A stretch of DNA of 64,000 nucleotides from Penicillus capitatus (lineage: Eukaryota > Plantae > Chlorophyta), in contig OZ287698.1 in NCBI GenBank assembly GCA_965649825.1, forward strand, positions 1,594,668-1,658,667, in the 5' to 3' direction. The position numbers and the translations under genes were made by a program. Below the pieces are notes generated by a model. It did not search any database. It saw nothing but the letters and a program-made list of their open reading frames with translations, and had not been told where the DNA came from. Position 1 is the stretch's first letter; each line of letters begins with the position of its first letter. Below, piece after piece: positions 58,981 through 64,000 of the stretch.

Positions 58981-60355
58981 TTGCTATCGGAAGGACAAAC
59001 TTCGGTCGCCGATTCCGACCTCGCTTCGCAGACCGTTCGGAAACTCGACCGTCGATTTCTGGTTCTGCTGGTCGTGGTCGTTCTAATTGCTTACGCAGAT
59101 CGAAGCAACATCGGATTCGCTGCACAAGATCTTTGCACCGAGCTGCATTTAACAAACGAAGAATACGGCAGGGGCGTCAGCTTGTTCTACGTGGGACACC
59201 TGCCGACTCAAATCATCGGAAACACCATGCTTAGACGCTTTGGCGCTCCTGTCTGGTTCGCCTTCATCGTTTTCTCATGGGGATGCGTCGCACTGTCCAT
59301 GGGATTCGTCCAAACGGCGACGCATTTCTATATTCTGTGCACATTGCTGGGTGTCGCAGAGGGAGGAACATTTCCAGCAGTGTGGTACACCATTTGTCTG
59401 TTTTATCCGGTGGATCGCGTGACAAGGGCCTACGGTGCGATTGCGTTCGCCGTGTTTTCTCCATACCCATCTCATCTCCTATCTCAGCAGGACTGTTGAG
59501 TCTGGGTACGTATGTGGGTGTCGAGCGATGGAGGTTACTCTTTATTGTCGGGGGGCTAGTACCCATTCTTTTCTCGCCGGTCCTTTATTCTCTCCTACCG
59601 GATTCTCCTGAAACAGCTTCCTTTCTGGAAGCAGAAGAGAAACGATGGATCATACTGGAACATGATCTACAGCCGGACGCCTCTGGAGTTTCGTTCTGGC
59701 AGGAGGCCAAGGCCGTGTTCGCCAATGGAACATGGAGGATGTGCACATTTTGTTCCTCCATCGACTTTGCAATCTTCAATTCCGTCGTGTTCTGGGCGAC
59801 GCTGCTGGTTATCGATATGATGTACGGGGAGGACGAAGGAGAAGGAGAAGACGAAGAGAGTTGCGGTTCCGATAATGGCAACGAGGTCATTGCAGTGCTC
59901 GTGACCGCCATCCCATACTTGATCGCGGGAATGGCATGTCTTTTGGGCGTCGCTATGACGTCCGAAATCGTTCTCTGTTTTCATCCATCTCCTACGCTAT
60001 CACTCGCATGGCGCTGCTGGCACACAGCAGGCACTCCATCTTCATACTTCCTGCTGAGGTTTCTGTTGCTTATCTGCGCTATTACTGCCGATGGATTGTG
60101 TTTCCCGCACGTCGTTGCATTAGCATTTACAATGTGTTCACCAATCTCAGTGCTGTGGTGGCCCCCATCGTCTTTGGGAAACTAATGGACGTTGCAGGAC
60201 CGGAGGTGGCGATGTCCGCGTCCGGCGGCGGCTATCTGTTCATAGCGCTGCTGGTTTTCTCCGTAAGAGATCCATTTGTCGAAGAAGCGACGGAGAGAAG
60301 GGTTGCCAGAAGCAGTTTAGCTTGGAGAAGGTCGAACCCACATCCTTCCGCTTAG
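58954..60355 (+). pseudogene. Major facilitator (anion:cation symporter / allantoate-tartrate permease-like) transporter, frameshifted
   Basis: RKLDRR..AYADRSNIGFA, LLGVAEGGTFP, WRLLFIVGGL, NLSAVVAPIVFGKLMD. Coding frame switches near 59455 and several times after ~59940, with no intron to explain it. Confidence 0.8.
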
Positions 60356-60820
60356 CAGTTGCCGTTGCTGTTCCAGATCCCTTTCTATGTCACCGAGCCA
60401 TCCAAGCTAACGATGCATCTGAGTCATCTGGTCGATCTCCGACTCCAAGTTCATCATGTGTGGGATAGCAGAGTACACGAATCTTATGCATTTACATAAC
60501 AAGAGTGTTATTCACTTTTTTGTCACTGTAAAACCTCGGTGCTGTCTAACTAAGCGATCGAAAGTCGGTGCTGAAAATCGGTGCTGTAGGTAAGAAACGC
60601 CACCTTTAGTCTTTCGCCGTCCATTATCTGTCTTCCAAAAAGCCCCGACTGGAAGCAGTAAAGAAAGAGGAGCGTTTTCTTTAGTGGATCACCGACCGTG
60701 AGAGAAAACCGAGTCCAATGGATGATTCTGTTTGAGCCAATATTCATGATGCCTCTTCGGTCGACTATTTAATCCCGTCGGCTGTTTGTTTTTTGCACGT
60801 TTTCTTTGATCTTCGACGAT

Positions 60821-62005
60821 ATGCGTTGTCAAATCGTTCTCCTTTTCCTGACGATCTTGCATACGTTGGGTTCCTCACATTGTTACGTACCCGATGGAGA
60901 GGTAGATCACACTGTCATGTGTAAAAGCCCTTTCTTTCTTCTGGGAACGCGGTTCGCAAGAACGTTGCAACGAGCAACGCAATGTGCATCAAAGCGAAGA
61001 AAATCACAAAGGTCCTCAACCAAGCGTATGCGCCGCCATGCTGCACCGAAGAGGCCGAAGGAAAGATCGACTGTTTTGTTGCCGACAACGAACTGAACAT
61101 TATTTTCATCGGCATTGACACAACGGGATGCTAGCACGTATACACTACTCCGAACGATCTCGGAGGAAACGCTTACAGCGGAATAGAATGCGCCAGCAGT
61201 GCTGAAGGATGCGTTGATGTCCTGACGCTGACGTTGGACCATCGATACACGAAGAAGTCGAACACTTTAGGTGGATGGGATTCAGATTGGTCTATTCACC
61301 CGAGATTTTACGTTATCTCGGACCGGTCAGAATGTGTATACTCTACAGCCAGTCGTCTTGACTGTTTCAACAGAGGACTTACTAATGATGGGGGCAATCA
61401 TTTTGCTATCGACGGAGCTTGGAAGCAAGGTAAAGCCACAGAATCCGGCCTCGTTCACTCTCCTTGTCAGTGCATTACGCGCAATGAGGAAGAGATAGAC
61501 TGTTTTGCAATCCGAAAAAGTGATAATAAGGTTGAACCATATCCCATTTCGCATCTCAGAATCGTTAATGATGATCTTAAGCCATGGGAGAACATAGGCC
61601 GTGAAGTACAGAACGAAGGCACGGCTACAGGCACTGAAGATAGAATGGATCTCTTTGGTCTTGGATGGAACAATCAAATCATGTGGGTGACGTGGAATGA
61701 GGGCGAAGGCTGGGCGGGGAAGCTGTACAGATCTCGGAGGCCACTTCCTGTCGGATCCAAAATGCATCAGCTCTATCGATTCGTACACGATCTGGTGCAT
61801 CGCCGTCGGCAACGATGGATACAAACTCTACTCTGCGGACATTTCATGTGACAATATATGTTCGGATTATGGGCCAGATTCATTGCCCTTTGGGACTCAA
61901 GTCCTTCCGTCCTTTAATCACGATGCCGCGGGTATATTTTCGGCGTCGTCAGAGTGGTTATCGGATTCACAGATGAAACGGTTTGAGATGGCGCTGATGC
62001 GATAA
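60821..62005 (+). pseudogene. Secreted beta-propeller lectin-like (PLL / fucose-lectin-type repeats) gene with nonsense and frameshift lesions
   Basis: Signal peptide MRCQIVLLFLTILHTLGSSHC, intron 60914-60960; repeats with LGG / CV / LDCF-RG / W motifs; in-frame TAG at 61132-61134; frameshift near 61715 before TDLGGHFLSDPKC. Confidence 0.6.
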
Positions 62006-62356
62006 CGGAGGAGACATGAGAAACCTCGAGTCCATCAGGCGGGCATTCCATCCTTACGCATCAGACTCGCTGGACAATTTTCCACGCAGAAAGTACTTCT
62101 GCCATAACACCCACAATCAAGTGTGCATCATCCATCGTCTGCGCTTTGTGCTCCTTGGTATCAGTTCTTTTTCGTTATGGATGACTTAAATAACAGATTA
62201 AGAATGTGAATAGTGTTATTCTTCTGATCTTCATAGAAGTAAACGTGGTAGTTTTGTTACTGATGTGTCCCGATCTCCCCCTCCTTTGAAGAAAGGAGGG
62301 TTAAACCCGGTGATGAGAAATCAAATGGACTCAAAACTCTACTGATTTGTAGTATG

Positions 62357-64000
62357 CTAACGTCGTCGTCGGTTAGAAAGGAAGGAAACGAAGAAAATGA
62401 ACATGACAAAGAACACAAAGAGAATGAACAGTGCATTAAGAGTAAGAACAGCAACTTCCAGTGTTGTCTTCAGTGTTTCTGTTGTCTCGGGATCACCAAA
62501 CAGAATAGCTGAATGGAAGACCGAGATCGATGTGAGCAGTGATGCCGTCTCCAACGCTTGCAATCCACGACACGATCTTCCCCATTTGGCCATCGAACGC
62601 AAACGGCTTTGATTGTTCTGTGGATCCTCATGTTCCTGTTGAGGATCTTCGGATTTGCGCATTATGAAAGGTCCAAAAACCCAGTGGATGGCTAGAGCAA
62701 TAATCAGGATTCCTAGACTAAGGGCGGCCTGGAGATTGGTCCCTCTCCTTGCGGCAAAGATAACTGCCGCTGCTACAAGTCCTTTTCTCAGTGCACTGAG
62801 GATTTCCCGGAAGAAGAAAGCGATACCAAGTTCAGAAATTTCACGATGATCAACACCGTCAGCACCGGCTGCATTTCTATTCCCAATCTTCTTCAAGTCT
62901 TTTACAATCCACAATAAAAGAAAAATGATAAGCAAATGCAGAATGACAAGACCGGCAATTCCCACATACTTCACCAGTCTATGATCGCCTTCGAAACAGT
63001 ACAGAGTCGGATCTACTACCCACACAGAGGCCTTTTCCAGAGCATACAGATCATACTCATTTGGCGGCTCGGATTGATCCCTATCTACTCGAATACAGTT
63101 GAGTGCCTTCATCAATTCCAACGAAAGGTCGCCATAGGAAAAAGCGAGAGTGGCAAGTAAGGCGATGGCAAAGAATGTTCTCTTTGGGACAATGTCAGAC
63201 TGATCGTTATTGGAATTCCCACAACATTGACGCAGCCACATAAAAAGACATCCTGCAATGACGATAAAAAAACCGAAGCAGACTGGAAGACCAATCCGGA
63301 GGAAGAGAGCCTTAACTGTACCGAGTCCATTCTCGCCGTGGACATTATCTTCGAAAATACATTCGAACGGAACATAGTATGTTCCGACGGCAGGCGTCAT
63401 CGTGAAATCTAGGGAAACATCTCCATCAGTGTCCTCTGGGACTAACTAGGTTTCTCCGGTGGTACCTTGTAATCTGAGAAGATGCTGAATGATGTCAGGC
63501 CAGTCCACATGGATATTCATTGCCAAACTTGTGACTTGCATGTAGTTAACGAATATCTGGAGAAGAAGGAAATGCTCGTATCCAGCCAGTCAAAAGAGAA
63601 AATGAACCTCGAAAACAATATCCGCTCCTCCATCAGTCTGTCCAGGCAAGGCTATGCCACCCGCTCGTCTTCCACTTTGGACAATGTTTTTGAACGATTT
63701 AAGCATCGAGAATACTGCCCCAAACATCGCGATAAAGCTTATTCCTGTTGAAAATGTAATGAGCCTGAATGCCGCCTTTCTGCTTTGCGGGCACTTAACA
63801 CATTCGCCACCAGCAGAGAGCCCATAACCTGCTTCACAAGAACCACACAAAATACCATTGTATCCAGGAGAGCATTGCATGTAGTCATCGTATGAAGGAC
63901 GCGGCGTCATTCCATGTTTGTCTAATATATAAGCATTCAATGTGGCGATCTCAGCGGATATCCTGTCGCTGTCTTCATAATACGCTCTCAAGACTGCCTC
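62357..64000 (-). CDS. Cys-rich multi-pass (about 7 TM) receptor-like membrane protein, 3' part (5' outside window)
   Basis: CSPGYNGILCGSCEAGYGLSAGGECVKCP, then spliced IFVNYMQVTSLAMNIHVDWP and several hydrophobic helices with WVVDPTLYCFEGDH; two GT-AG introns restore the frame. Confidence 0.8.

Noticed and set aside
1-64000. Non-standard genetic code (TAA/TAG = Gln, as in some ulvophytes), suggested by in-frame TAGs at 53264 and 61132
   Set aside because: Conserved genes end on TAA (dynein, DGD1, PsbW), TAG (AP2, polycystin) and TGA (DXS, kinase), and long conserved exons contain no internal TAA/TAG; the TAGs sit in otherwise degenerate genes.
44000-64000. Endogenous giant virus, Polinton or virophage insertion
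   Set aside because: No capsid, packaging ATPase, DNA polymerase B, integrase or primase-helicase motifs recognised, and most accessory genes have host-type short spliceosomal introns.

Overview
Eukaryotic nuclear DNA from a flagellate-capable green alga (chlorophyte-like: PsbW, DGD1, DXS, an AP2 factor and an axonemal dynein; standard genetic code). The genome is very compact, with many short introns (mostly 40-66 nt) and intergenic gaps often under 150 bp. Bases 1 to ~43.8 kb are a dense block of intact, conserved genes: a 5'-truncated LRR/Ig-like/Cys-rich polycystin-type channel, a RING protein, an AP2 factor, a PAM2-motif protein, a DNAH6-like inner-arm dynein heavy chain, VAC14, a DUF1997 protein, an EF-hand membrane protein, an RlmL-like methyltransferase, DXS, PsbW, SBDS, DGD1 and a MAP3K-epsilon/Cdc15-like kinase. 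From ~44 kb the character changes to a sparser accessory region. It holds a ~570-bp foldback palindrome built from 41-bp units, a diverged TMEM209-like gene, an intronless two-domain cysteine-dioxygenase-like gene, a head-to-head pair of small homeodomain-like genes (one with a stop codon), a secreted Vps62-like protein, several frameshifted pseudogenes (VWA-like, beta-helix, MFS, beta-propeller) and the 3' part of a Cys-rich multi-TM receptor-like gene. The most unusual signals are the repeat-built palindrome, at least seven GC-AG introns, the TALE-spaced homeodomain-like pair, the CDO-like gene and the LRR-polycystin fusion with repeat-aligned exons. Exon boundaries and family assignments were made by eye from motifs; no database search was run.
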